51,336 nucleotides of DNA, from the IMG/VR virus record IMGVR_UViG_3300027672_000019, positions 1 to 51,336 of that record; one strand, written 5' to 3'. The notes beneath the pieces are model-generated. The model worked only from the letters and a program-made list of their open reading frames with translations, was not told the origin of the DNA and did no database searches. Numbering within the stretch: position 1 is the first letter of the stretch; each line of letters starts with the position of its first letter. A program made the position numbers and the translations under genes. The stretch comes from a virus. Taxonomy: Duplodnaviria; Caudoviricetes. Shown one piece after another: positions 40,945-50,937 of this stretch.

Positions 40945-42173
40945 TGTTTATAAAAGATTCAAAAGTACAATTGTATATTGAAGACAATGGAGTAAATTCT
41001 ATTGTAGACGACAGGCATCCGTATATTAACGGATTTTCAAAAGACGTTATCGACCAGTCAAATGCATTGTATCCTAGGGACGACCTTAGATATCATTACG
41101 GCAATGCTAATACTATGTTTGGTTATGTTTTCAAACAAATACAGGAAATACCGTATGATAGATATTATTATCCTATAGTTGTTAGTGCAACAGAAATTAC
41201 TGACATTATTGACACCCTTAAAATTGAATTGCATATATTAAACACTATACGAAATGGACAGTGTAAAATTTTACTAGTATCGCCGTACGAAGGATGGAGC
41301 TATAAAGAATTTTGGAAGCCTCTTATACAGAAAATAAAAACGCTGTTGCATTTAAAAGACGACAGCTTTGTAATTATGGACGGAGGCTATCTTAAAAATT
41401 TAGATGTTAGTCTTGTTACATATAATTTTTGGGAAGAAATGCGTCTAGATGATTTTACACAGCCGGGGTTAGACAATGTAAGTAACACACGTAAGCACAA
41501 ATTTTTATGCCTTAACAGACGTCCTAGTCCCCATAGAATAGCATTAGCAACTAAGATGTTTGAGTTCAAACGTAAAGGAATTCTTACTGTTGCTAAACAC
41601 GGCGGATTTGGAAATGATTTTTATAAAGGTATGGAACAGGAATTCTGTAAAGAATTTCCAGAACTAATTAACGACTACGGCGAAAAACTACTTCCGGCTA
41701 TACCACTAACATATGACGATGGAATATATCCTGATATAGAAAATCCTAACTACGATGATAAGTTAGAAAAGTTTCATCAAAGTTATTTAAATATTATTAC
41801 AGAAACATATTACAAGGACGATACTTTATTTTTAAGCGAAAAAATATTTAAACCTATGTGGCACTGTCAGCCATTTGTTGTATATGGAAACCCAGGTACA
41901 CTAGTACAATTAAAAAAACTTGGATATAAGACATTTAGTAATTTCATTGACGAAAGTTATGATAACGAATCGTGTGCAGTAAAACGATTAGAGTTACTTG
42001 TGGATAGCATCAAAGATTTTATTAACAAACCCACTGACGAACTAACTACTATAATGGAAAAAATGAAACCAATCTTTCGACACAATCTTAATAATATTGA
42101 TCGAAGACACGGTATTTGTATTAAACTAAATTTACTAAATGATCTAAGGAATGCATTGTATGAAAACAAATAA
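40944..42173 (+). CDS. Glycosyltransferase-like protein, GT-B (GT10/GT47-like), set 3a
   Basis: FLCLNRRPSPHR; SYLNIITET...FLSEKIFKP...QPFVVYG...LKKLGYKTF...DESYD. Confidence 0.55.
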   Translation: MFIKDSKVQLYIEDNGVNSIVDDRHPYINGFSKDVIDQSNALYPRDDLRYHYGNANTMFGYVFKQIQEIPYDRYYYPIVVSATEITDIIDTLKIELHILNTIRNGQCKILLVSPYEGWSYKEFWKPLIQKIKTLLHLKDDSFVIMDGGYLKNLDVSLVTYNFWEEMRLDDFTQPGLDNVSNTRKHKFLCLNRRPSPHRIALATKMFEFKRKGILTVAKHGGFGNDFYKGMEQEFCKEFPELINDYGEKLLPAIPLTYDDGIYPDIENPNYDDKLEKFHQSYLNIITETYYKDDTLFLSEKIFKPMWHCQPFVVYGNPGTLVQLKKLGYKTFSNFIDESYDNESCAVKRLELLVDSIKDFINKPTDELTTIMEKMKPIFRHNLNNIDRRHGICIKLNLLNDLRNALYENK

Positions 42174-43407
42174 TATAAAATATTATATTGAAAACTTTGA
42201 TAATAAAGAGATACGCTTTAATGGCTTTCCTGATGCAGTCGCTCGCGAAGCATTAAATAATAATACACATGATGATCACCAGCACTATTATGATATACAA
42301 TTAATGGAGCATGTGTTTGATGAAATTGACGAAATTCCTTTAGAAGAAAAGTTTTATTATCCTATTGTGCTTGTAAACAGTAACATGCACCGCAGTCCAA
42401 TGAAGGATAGTCTATTCATACCTGACGATATATTAAGAGCTATTAGATCAGGACAATGTTTTCTGCTTATACAAAGCGTACAAGAAGGTTGGGACTTTTC
42501 TACATATGTTGATCATTTCATTGAACATATACAAACAAAATATAATATTAAAGATGAGCGTATTGTTTTAATGACAGGCAATTATTTAACTCACGAACGA
42601 TATACAACGGTTCCTCATAGCTGTTGGGAGTTAGGAATGCCGGGACATTTTGATCCGCATACCCCTGATTTTATAGATGACATTAGACCTTACAAATACA
42701 TATGTTTAAATCGTCGACACGAAGTACATAGACTAGCAGTTGCATCAGCACTAACACAATCTGATCAAACAGGAATTTTAACAGTAGCACTCGGCGGTGG
42801 CTACGGTGAAAAATGTATTTCTGATCAGTTAGAAACTGATTTTAATAATAGATTTCCAGAACTGTGGAATAGCTATGCTAACAATATTCGAGAGCATTTA
42901 CCGTTAGCATATGATGATGGGATAGACCCAGAAACTACTAACCCTAACTGGGACCCCAGCACAGAAAAGTTTCAGAAAAGCTATTTGCATATAGTTACAG
43001 AAACAAACGCTACAAGTAATCAATTGTTTTTTAGTGAAAAGGTATTTAAGCCAATAACACATTGGCAACCATTTGTATTATGCGGAAACTATAAATCATT
43101 AGAAAAATTAAAAGAGTTTGGATACAAAACATTTGGTCAATGGATTGACGAAAGCTATGATGACGAACCGCATTATGAAACAAAAATACGTAAAGTTAAC
43201 GCTGCTATTAAACAATTTATTGATAAATCTCCAAAAGAGTTAACATCATTAATGCAAGAAATGCTTCCAACATTCAAACATAACATGAGAGTGCTTCGCC
43301 GCCGCGCAGGAACAGATGCAGCACTTTCTAACTCAAACTCATCAGTCCTAGCTGGCACTAGAGATAAGCTATATAATATATTAAAAAGTAATAATAATGG
43401 AACTTAA
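42160..43407 (+). CDS. Glycosyltransferase-like protein, GT-B (GT10/GT47-like), set 3b
   Basis: Close paralogue of 3a: YICLNRRHEVHR; SYLHIVTET...FFSEKVFKP...QPFVLCG...GYKTF...DESYD. Start probably ATG 42160, behind AAGGA. Confidence 0.55.
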   Translation: MKTNNIKYYIENFDNKEIRFNGFPDAVAREALNNNTHDDHQHYYDIQLMEHVFDEIDEIPLEEKFYYPIVLVNSNMHRSPMKDSLFIPDDILRAIRSGQCFLLIQSVQEGWDFSTYVDHFIEHIQTKYNIKDERIVLMTGNYLTHERYTTVPHSCWELGMPGHFDPHTPDFIDDIRPYKYICLNRRHEVHRLAVASALTQSDQTGILTVALGGGYGEKCISDQLETDFNNRFPELWNSYANNIREHLPLAYDDGIDPETTNPNWDPSTEKFQKSYLHIVTETNATSNQLFFSEKVFKPITHWQPFVLCGNYKSLEKLKEFGYKTFGQWIDESYDDEPHYETKIRKVNAAIKQFIDKSPKELTSLMQEMLPTFKHNMRVLRRRAGTDAALSNSNSSVLAGTRDKLYNILKSNNNGT

Positions 43408-44413
43408 TAAAAAAACATTTCCCTTACATCATAATAGTGGTTTAAGTTTCCTACAATTAACTAATATAACATCATTACAAGATGCAGAAGCAGTATTAAT
43501 TGACTTTAATACGTTCTCCTCAATGGAAGACAAGGAAATTTGTGAATATATAAATTCTAAAAAAATAATTTACATTGATGGTACATATGAATTCTTAAAT
43601 AACACTGTTTTAGAAATATTAGAAAATTTATCTAATATATTGCAGTGTGATCTGGGAGCTGTGCATTATTTTTGTAATCCTGTCAATCACGAGCGTTTAA
43701 ATCAATATCCTTTACTGTTAAAATTAACACAAAAAGGATTAATATGTACGCCAGATCACTATTTTATTAGATATAGTAATATATACCAGCCAGACATTAA
43801 TGCTGATACATTGCCTAAACAAAGGTATCTTTGTTTAACAGGCAAATTAAATCCGTCGAGAACTTTTCTAATAGCACTTTTATCAAAATATAATTTATTA
43901 CAATACGGTCATGTTAGTTATTTTGGAGAAGATTACATAGATAAAGATTTCGATCCTCGAAAAATTGACGATTATAAAACTGAAAATTTTTTATCGCCCT
44001 CCGCTAAAACCGTTATTGAGGATGAAATGAAAAAGTTAAAATTACCGTTAGTTGCAGATACTAACCAATTTAATATGCAAATATCTCACACAAAAAAGTT
44101 CAATGCTGAATTATACAACGCAGTTGATTTTGTAATAGTACCAGAAACAACTGGTTGCACTATGCAGGACAATTTTTTCCCGACAGAAAAAACTGTAAAA
44201 TGTATTTTGATGAATAAAAAATTTATTCCTCTTGCTAGTAAAGGGTTTTTAAGAAATCTTAAAAGATATTACATGACTGAATTTAATAAAGATATATCAC
44301 ATTTAACAGACTGGTGCGATACTTCGTTTGATGATATAACAGATTTAGAAAAGAGAACCAAGATGGTTGTTAATATTGTTGCTCATGAAATAAGTAAAAA
44401 TAACAAGTCATAA
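43397..44413 (+). CDS. Glycosyltransferase-like protein, divergent, set 3c
   Basis: YLCLTGKLNPSR; FVIVPET...FFPTEKTVK...KKFIPLA...DTSFD align with the 3a/3b motifs. Confidence 0.5.
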   Translation: MELNKKTFPLHHNSGLSFLQLTNITSLQDAEAVLIDFNTFSSMEDKEICEYINSKKIIYIDGTYEFLNNTVLEILENLSNILQCDLGAVHYFCNPVNHERLNQYPLLLKLTQKGLICTPDHYFIRYSNIYQPDINADTLPKQRYLCLTGKLNPSRTFLIALLSKYNLLQYGHVSYFGEDYIDKDFDPRKIDDYKTENFLSPSAKTVIEDEMKKLKLPLVADTNQFNMQISHTKKFNAELYNAVDFVIVPETTGCTMQDNFFPTEKTVKCILMNKKFIPLASKGFLRNLKRYYMTEFNKDISHLTDWCDTSFDDITDLEKRTKMVVNIVAHEISKNNKS

Positions 44414-44426
44414 TAGAGGACATAAA

Positions 44427-45647
44427 ATGAAAATAGGATTTATTGGCACAGGCAAGCTAGGCATGCCGTGTGCAGAAGCAATGGCAAGTAAACAACATAA
44501 TGTTACAGGATACGATATTACTTCTTGCAGCAGTCATCAAGTAACAATGATGCCTACAATTGAAGATGCAGTAAAGGGTAGAGACATTGTGTTTGTTGCA
44601 GTGCCTACTCCACACGATCCAGACTACGATGGCAGAGAACCAACTGCACATTTAGCACCAAAAGACTTTAATTACGATATTGTAAAGGATGTACTAGTAG
44701 AAGCAAACAAGCATATGACAAAGGATCAATTGCTTGTGCTTATTAGTACGGTATTGCCTGGAACAACACGTAAGCAGTTTATTGACCTTGTACCTAACAC
44801 ACGCTTTATATACAACCCTTACTTGATTGCAATGGGCAGTGTAGCATGGGATATGGTTAATCCAGAGATGGTAATGATTGGCACTGAAGACGGAAGTGCT
44901 ACAGGAGATGCAAAACAACTTGTAGCCTTTTATAAAACTATAATGGAAAACAATCCACGCTACGAGATTGGTACTTGGGATGAGTGCGAGTGTATCAAAG
45001 TATTTTATAACACATTTATTAGCACTAAGATTGGACTTGCTAATATGATACAAGACGTAGCCCAAAAACAAGGAAACATTAATGTTGACGTAGTTACAGA
45101 TGCGTTAGCCAAGTCAACTATGCGTATCATGGGTCCACAGTATATGAAAGCTGGTATGGGCGATGGCGGCGGCTGTCATCCACGTGATAATATTGCACTA
45201 CGCTATATGGCCGAAGAGTTAAATTTAGGATACGATTTATTTGACAGCATTATGAACGCTAGAGAAATACAAGCAAAGAACATTGCACTAGAATTAGTGA
45301 AACATGCTAAAGAACATGATATGATAATTGTTATTCATGGTAAAGCATACAAGCCAAATGTAGGATACTGTGATGGTAGTTATAGTTTACTAATTGGACA
45401 TTACTGTGAAGAGCAACAATATGAACCTGTATATGTAGATCCACTAACAGGAAACGATTTTAACTCAGACGTGCCTTGTGTATTTTTATTAGCACACAGC
45501 GCCAGTACTACATACAAGTATACCGGTAAAACTAGTGCAGACAAATTGTATTGCGATATACCTGATGGTAGTATAGTAGTTGATCCGTGGCGCTCATATG
45601 TTAATCCAAAGTGTACAGTAATACATTATGGAAATACTAGAAAATAA
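44427..45647 (+). CDS. NDP-sugar 6-dehydrogenase (UDP-glucose/GDP-mannose dehydrogenase family), divergent
   Basis: MKIGFIGTGKLG Rossmann motif, FVAVPTP, STVLPGTT, ECIKVFYNTF (catalytic K/N), GDGGGCHPRD (catalytic C), GKAYKPN. Confidence 0.9.
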   Translation: MKIGFIGTGKLGMPCAEAMASKQHNVTGYDITSCSSHQVTMMPTIEDAVKGRDIVFVAVPTPHDPDYDGREPTAHLAPKDFNYDIVKDVLVEANKHMTKDQLLVLISTVLPGTTRKQFIDLVPNTRFIYNPYLIAMGSVAWDMVNPEMVMIGTEDGSATGDAKQLVAFYKTIMENNPRYEIGTWDECECIKVFYNTFISTKIGLANMIQDVAQKQGNINVDVVTDALAKSTMRIMGPQYMKAGMGDGGGCHPRDNIALRYMAEELNLGYDLFDSIMNAREIQAKNIALELVKHAKEHDMIIVIHGKAYKPNVGYCDGSYSLLIGHYCEEQQYEPVYVDPLTGNDFNSDVPCVFLLAHSASTTYKYTGKTSADKLYCDIPDGSIVVDPWRSYVNPKCTVIHYGNTRK

Positions 45648-46321
45648 TGTACGACATTGTATTCATATCATATCAAGAACCTAACGCAGATGAAAACTAT
45701 GCTAAACTAAAAGCAAGATTTCCTTTAGCAAAACGTGTACATGGTGTTAAAGGAATACATCAAGCACACATAGCCGCTGCAAAGAAATGTTTTACTAAAA
45801 TGTTTTGGATTGTAGACGGTGATGCACAAATAGTTGATAAATTTAATTTTGATTATGTTGTTCCTGATCACCAGTTAGATAACGTACATGTGTGGAGAGC
45901 AAGAAATTCTGTTAATGCGTTAGTATATGGGTACGGTGGTGTTAAGTTGTTTCCTAAGCAAATGACTATTGATATGGATATATCAAAACCTGACATGACA
46001 ACTAGTATCAGTAGTAAATTTAAAGCGGTACCAGAGCTAGCAAACATAACAGCATTTAACACTGATCCATTTAATACATGGAAAGGAGCATTTAGAGAGT
46101 GTTGTAAATTGTCAAGCGGCTTAATTGATAGGCAAAAAGATATTGAAACTGAACAGCGTCTAAATACATGGTGTACTAGAGGAAAAACAAATCCATTTGG
46201 TGAATACTCTATACGTGGTGCTATAGAAGGTAAAGCATACGGCGAAAAACACAAGGATTCACCACAAGAGTTGTGTAGAATAAACGACTTTGACTGGTTA
46301 CAGGATATATTTAATGATTAA
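45647..46321 (+). CDS. Glycosyltransferase-like protein, GT-A fold, set 2b
   Basis: YDIVFISYQEPNA...AKRVHGVKG...AH...FWIVDGD...LVYGYGGVKLFP...TWKGAFRECCKL; paralogue of 40015-40944. Confidence 0.65.
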   Translation: MYDIVFISYQEPNADENYAKLKARFPLAKRVHGVKGIHQAHIAAAKKCFTKMFWIVDGDAQIVDKFNFDYVVPDHQLDNVHVWRARNSVNALVYGYGGVKLFPKQMTIDMDISKPDMTTSISSKFKAVPELANITAFNTDPFNTWKGAFRECCKLSSGLIDRQKDIETEQRLNTWCTRGKTNPFGEYSIRGAIEGKAYGEKHKDSPQELCRINDFDWLQDIFND

Positions 46322-47003
46322 TTGGCAAGACGACAAAGACATCTTTGGAAGAATGTTTGTATTAACAGGAAATCCTATTTTTAATAATTTAAGAAATGCC
46401 TCTGATATGAATTACGCAGATCTAACTGATGCACTTAGCTGGGGACAACTTAAAAGCAAGCGTTGGCTAGTTGAAACATTAGAGTGCGGCCATTGGAATT
46501 TAGAAACAGTATTTTTATGTGGAGGATGGTATGCTACATTAGCCGCAATGATGCTTGACGCTAATTTAGCAATAAAAAAAATTAGAAGTTTTGACATAGA
46601 CCCGTTATGTGAATCGGTTGCTGAGACTGTTAACAAACATCACGTAAAGGATGATTGGAGGTTTAAAGCATCAACATTGGACATACATGATTTAAGATAT
46701 GATAATTTTAGATATACTACTAAAAGATCAGACGGATCTGAGGTAGAATTAACAGAAACTCCAAACACTATTATAAACACAAGTTGCGAACACATTGAAA
46801 ACTTTGCAGAATGGTATGCAAAAATACCTAATGGCAAACTAGTTGTACTGCAAAGCAACGATTACTTTGAAGTACCAGATCATATAAATTGTAGTGCCGA
46901 CTTAGATACATTTAGTAAGTCAGCTCCTATGTCAGATATTAAATTTGAAGGTGAATTATTTCTTTCCAACTATACTAGGTTTATGAAAATTGGATTCAAA
47001 TAA
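46314..47003 (+). CDS. Class I SAM-dependent methyltransferase-like protein
   Basis: VFLCGGWYATL (motif I variant), IRSFDIDP (motif II), IINTSCEH, LVVLQSN. Start likely ATG 46314, behind AGGA. Confidence 0.6.
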   Translation: MINWQDDKDIFGRMFVLTGNPIFNNLRNASDMNYADLTDALSWGQLKSKRWLVETLECGHWNLETVFLCGGWYATLAAMMLDANLAIKKIRSFDIDPLCESVAETVNKHHVKDDWRFKASTLDIHDLRYDNFRYTTKRSDGSEVELTETPNTIINTSCEHIENFAEWYAKIPNGKLVVLQSNDYFEVPDHINCSADLDTFSKSAPMSDIKFEGELFLSNYTRFMKIGFK

Positions 47004-48274
47004 TGTATGAAAAAACTAAAGAAATATTAGACAATATTAGTCCTACTTTTTGTATAGCAAAGTGGGCTAGAACTAACGTAAGAACTTACGAAGGTACGTC
47101 CTACAGTTGTCATCATTGTAGACCTGTAGTAACACCTAAAGAAGAAGTATCTGCAGATCATACAGCACTAACAAATAATAAACTTGTCCAAGAATACAGA
47201 CAACAAATGCTAGACGGTGAACGCCCAAAAGAATGTAATTACTGTTGGACCAGAGAAGACCAAGGCTTTACTAGTGACAGGATTATGAAAAGTGATAAAT
47301 TTATAAATTTACACCAGCTTGACCCTGCTGAAATTGTTAAAAATCTAACACATGCTCCTGTACATTTAGATATTGCATTTGATCGAACATGCAATTTTAA
47401 GTGTTCGTATTGCGGCCCTCAAAATAGCAGTCTATGGGCAGAAGAAATAGTACAGCATGGAGAAATAAAAGGAATTCCGGCCTTTGGTGCAAAAGAACCA
47501 ATACCTAATAGAGAAGTAAATCCGTATAACGATGCATTTTGGAAATGGTGGGATAGCGGATTAAAGCATAGTCTGCAGCATTTAACTATTACAGGCGGCG
47601 AACCATTACTGTCAAAAGAATTTTGGAAAGTATTAGATAAAGTTCAACTAGAAAAGTTAAGTATGACAGTTATGGTTAACACAAACTTATGTCCGCCAGA
47701 CAAAATATTTGATAGGTTTATGAATAGAATAAAAAACTGGGACCCGGAAAAGTTTAGAATATCTACAAGTATAGAATCAATAAAAGAAAAAGCTGAATAT
47801 AGTAGGTTTGGATTAGATTACAATAAATTTATGCTTAATATGCATAGGGTGTTAACTGAAACTAATATGAAAGTTGAAGTTAATCTTACTAATAATGCGT
47901 TAAGTTTTACTTCGCTTACAGATCTAGTGCAAGAGTTAACTAAGTTTAAAATTAAATACGGAGCAAAAAGAGTAACACTACACAGTAATGATGTTACGTG
48001 GCCGTCACATTTAAATCTACGTATACTTCCTGCAGAACTTAGAAACGTTGAAGTAATAAAGTTTAAAAGATTTATGAAAATGAATAAAGACAGTTTCTCC
48101 AAAACAGAGAAATATAAGTTTCAGCGTACATTAGAACTTTCGTTGGTTGAATATGAAGACGTAGACAAATTCCGCGCCCAATTTCTAACATTTATCAAAG
48201 AGTACGATAAAAGAAGAAATTTAAATTTTGACAAAACGTTTCCAGAAATAGCTAAATTTAAGGATAAGTTATGA
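47003..48274 (+). CDS. Radical SAM enzyme with N-terminal twitch-like Fe-S domain
   Basis: CNFKCSYC (CxxxCxxC) and ITGGEP. N-terminal FCIAKW...SCHHC...ECNYCW cysteines. Confidence 0.85.
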   Translation: MYEKTKEILDNISPTFCIAKWARTNVRTYEGTSYSCHHCRPVVTPKEEVSADHTALTNNKLVQEYRQQMLDGERPKECNYCWTREDQGFTSDRIMKSDKFINLHQLDPAEIVKNLTHAPVHLDIAFDRTCNFKCSYCGPQNSSLWAEEIVQHGEIKGIPAFGAKEPIPNREVNPYNDAFWKWWDSGLKHSLQHLTITGGEPLLSKEFWKVLDKVQLEKLSMTVMVNTNLCPPDKIFDRFMNRIKNWDPEKFRISTSIESIKEKAEYSRFGLDYNKFMLNMHRVLTETNMKVEVNLTNNALSFTSLTDLVQELTKFKIKYGAKRVTLHSNDVTWPSHLNLRILPAELRNVEVIKFKRFMKMNKDSFSKTEKYKFQRTLELSLVEYEDVDKFRAQFLTFIKEYDKRRNLNFDKTFPEIAKFKDKL

Positions 48275-49509
48275 ATAAAAAACCTTGGTGTATGGATCCG
48301 TTTATTCAAATGGCGCATACTGCTGATGGATTTTATAGAGTATGTTGTATAGGTGAAGTGCATCGAGAACGCACAGATCTTAACACTAAAGAAATGACTC
48401 CATTAGAGTATTGGAACAGTGATGTAAGCAAACAAATTAGAAATGATATGTTAAAGCCTATAGACGAGTTTAGTGATGTAACAAAATTTGCATGTAGTCA
48501 ATGTTTAAAAAATAATAGAGATGGTGTACGCAGTCGTAGACAAACAGAAAATAAAAGATACGACAGTAATACAAAAGCAAAAGTAAATGTTATAAAACAT
48601 ATAAAAAATATTGATTATACGTACGATGATCTACTATACGTAAACTTTAAAGTATTAGGAAATATTTGTAATTTAAAATGTGTGATGTGTAGTGCAAATG
48701 CAAGTAGTAAAATTGCTGCAGAAGCAAAACAACATTACGGATTTCCTCGAGGATGGAGTGCAGGAGATAAATCAGAATTAGAACCGTTTACTCCTGATAC
48801 ACGTAATGCCTATTTTACAGAATTACAAAAAATAATTGACAGTATTCCTAAGTTTAATTTAGTCGGTGGTGAGAATTTAATACACCCAGACTTTCCTCGA
48901 CTGTTTCAAATGTTTATAGACAGTCCAAATATTAGCAATATTGATATGTTAATAATTACTAACGGAACAATAGTGCCTGATATTGTACAAAAGAATGCAC
49001 ACTTGTTTAAAAGCATGTCTATTTTAATAAGCATGGATGGCGTATTTGAAAGAGGCTCATATGTAAGGTCAGGACTCAATTGGAAAAAGTTTGATACTAA
49101 CGTAAGAAAGTTTGCTAGTAACCCTAATGTATTTTTACGGTTAGTTCCTGCAATACAAATGCTCAATGTAGGATATGTAAAAGAGATGCACGACTGGATA
49201 GAGTCTGTAGGACTAAATCCTAAAGAAGCAATAGACTGGAATAATGTTGTTACCTATCCAGAAAACTTACGTGCAATAAATTTACCTCGAGAAATAAAAC
49301 AAGAATACATGCGTAAGATGATTGGACCTGATATAACACATCCGTCTATTCGAGTTGTATTTGATATCCTCAAGCAGCCTCAGCATAGTCACAAAGAGTT
49401 CCTTGAAGGACTTAAATACTTACGTAAGCTAGATAAAATTCGGAACACAAATCTATTAGAACACTTTCCTGAGTTTGAAAAGTATATAGGAGAAATAGAT
49501 GATAACTAA
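48271..49509 (+). CDS. Radical SAM enzyme with N-terminal twitch-like Fe-S domain
   Basis: CNLKCVMC and LVGGEN. N-terminal WCMDPF...RVCC...ACSQC. C-terminal D..RN.N....FPE shared with the previous gene. Confidence 0.85.
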   Translation: MNKKPWCMDPFIQMAHTADGFYRVCCIGEVHRERTDLNTKEMTPLEYWNSDVSKQIRNDMLKPIDEFSDVTKFACSQCLKNNRDGVRSRRQTENKRYDSNTKAKVNVIKHIKNIDYTYDDLLYVNFKVLGNICNLKCVMCSANASSKIAAEAKQHYGFPRGWSAGDKSELEPFTPDTRNAYFTELQKIIDSIPKFNLVGGENLIHPDFPRLFQMFIDSPNISNIDMLIITNGTIVPDIVQKNAHLFKSMSILISMDGVFERGSYVRSGLNWKKFDTNVRKFASNPNVFLRLVPAIQMLNVGYVKEMHDWIESVGLNPKEAIDWNNVVTYPENLRAINLPREIKQEYMRKMIGPDITHPSIRVVFDILKQPQHSHKEFLEGLKYLRKLDKIRNTNLLEHFPEFEKYIGEIDDN

Positions 49510-50221
49510 TGAAGAAAAAGCAGAGCTAGCAAAGTTTAGCTATCTTAAAAATTTTAGAGAAGGAAATATTCCCGCACCTAAGATGATGGATTTAGTTTGT
49601 GAAACACAACTTAATGCATTGGGCGATTTTGTTCCACTAAAGGTAAAAATTAATTTAGGAAAATTTAAAAACGAAATAGCAAAGTATGACAGCAAGTGGG
49701 TTCCTTACCTAGCAAGAGAAGGTGAAAAAAACGACCGTGAAGGATTAAACTATGTAGGACTAGAAGGCGATACTCCTTTTGATAGTATTAGTTTACCCGA
49801 AGTAAGGAAGCGTACTGGAAAACTTTTAAGAGAAACTGACTTTACAGTTCCCACAGAATTATTTGAATCATTACCAAGTCTTAAACCAATTTCCAATATT
49901 TGGCCTCAGCTTGGCCGTTGTACTCTTGTAAAAGTTAATAAAGGTGGTTGGTTTCCTTATCATAGAGATAGTGTGTTAATAAACAGAAACACATTTAGAA
50001 TAATTGCTTTCTTAACTAATACAGGATCTGAAAATTATCAATGGGAGCATGACTACACTATGCGTACTATTGAAGAAGGCAGGTGCTACTATGTAAACAC
50101 ACAAAAAGCACACAGGACGCACAGCTATGTACACGGTAGTATACATTTAGTTATGAACGTTCCTAAGACTTTTGAAAATGTTCTTAGAACTATGGACTTA
50201 CTAAAGCACGGCGAGACCTGA
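49499..50221 (+). CDS. 2OG-Fe(II) oxygenase (Asp/Asn beta-hydroxylase-like)
   Basis: LGR..LVKVNKGGWFPYHRD (HxD)...GRCYYVNTQKAH (distal H)...IHLVMN double-stranded beta-helix pattern. Confidence 0.7.
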   Translation: MITNEEKAELAKFSYLKNFREGNIPAPKMMDLVCETQLNALGDFVPLKVKINLGKFKNEIAKYDSKWVPYLAREGEKNDREGLNYVGLEGDTPFDSISLPEVRKRTGKLLRETDFTVPTELFESLPSLKPISNIWPQLGRCTLVKVNKGGWFPYHRDSVLINRNTFRIIAFLTNTGSENYQWEHDYTMRTIEEGRCYYVNTQKAHRTHSYVHGSIHLVMNVPKTFENVLRTMDLLKHGET

Positions 50222-50937
50222 TGCGTAATTATGCTACTATAGAAAAGCTACAGGATAGGTTATCGCCAGCATACTGTATTCAAAACTTCCTTACCGATCT
50301 AGAGTTAGTTAAGTTATATGATCTATGGACAAGTACCCAATTACATACTATTGAAAAAAACACAGGCCCTATTACAGTCAATCTTAAAGATATAAAAGAT
50401 TCAAACATTATTAAACTAGTAATCCAAAAAATTAAAAATCAACTTGGCGAAGATTGCAAATGCTGGGGTGGACAATTTTTTTATACAAATGTTCCTTATG
50501 TAGTACACAATGATGACGATATGTACAAATTTCCAGATGCATATAAAGCAGTTAGTATGCCTATTAAAGTTTGGCCAGAAGATAAAGAAAGTTCTTTAAC
50601 AGAATTAGTGTGTTTTGAACAATCATACTTTGAAGGAGCCGCAAAGTTTTTTAAAGGCGGTCCTAAGCAAGAAACATATTATAATCGTGCTGTATATGAT
50701 TACAAAGATGTACAAAATTTAAAACAAACACCGATACCTAAACAACTGACTGACAAGTTATTCCCCCATTTAAAAACAGAATGGCTAAATGGTCTAAGCA
50801 TAGATAATAAGTTCCCTTGGCAATTAGGAAGTGCAATTGTTTTTGATTCATTAAAGTTACATGCAAGCACAGATTTTAGAAAAAAAGGAATAGAATCAAA
50901 ATTAGGATTAAGCCTATTTTTTGAAAAGCTATTATGA
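50221..50937 (+). CDS. 2OG-Fe(II) oxygenase-like protein
   Basis: IQNFLT; PYVVHNDD (HxD); W.LGSAIVFDSLKLHAS...K.GLSLF. Confidence 0.65.
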   Translation: MRNYATIEKLQDRLSPAYCIQNFLTDLELVKLYDLWTSTQLHTIEKNTGPITVNLKDIKDSNIIKLVIQKIKNQLGEDCKCWGGQFFYTNVPYVVHNDDDMYKFPDAYKAVSMPIKVWPEDKESSLTELVCFEQSYFEGAAKFFKGGPKQETYYNRAVYDYKDVQNLKQTPIPKQLTDKLFPHLKTEWLNGLSIDNKFPWQLGSAIVFDSLKLHASTDFRKKGIESKLGLSLFFEKLL

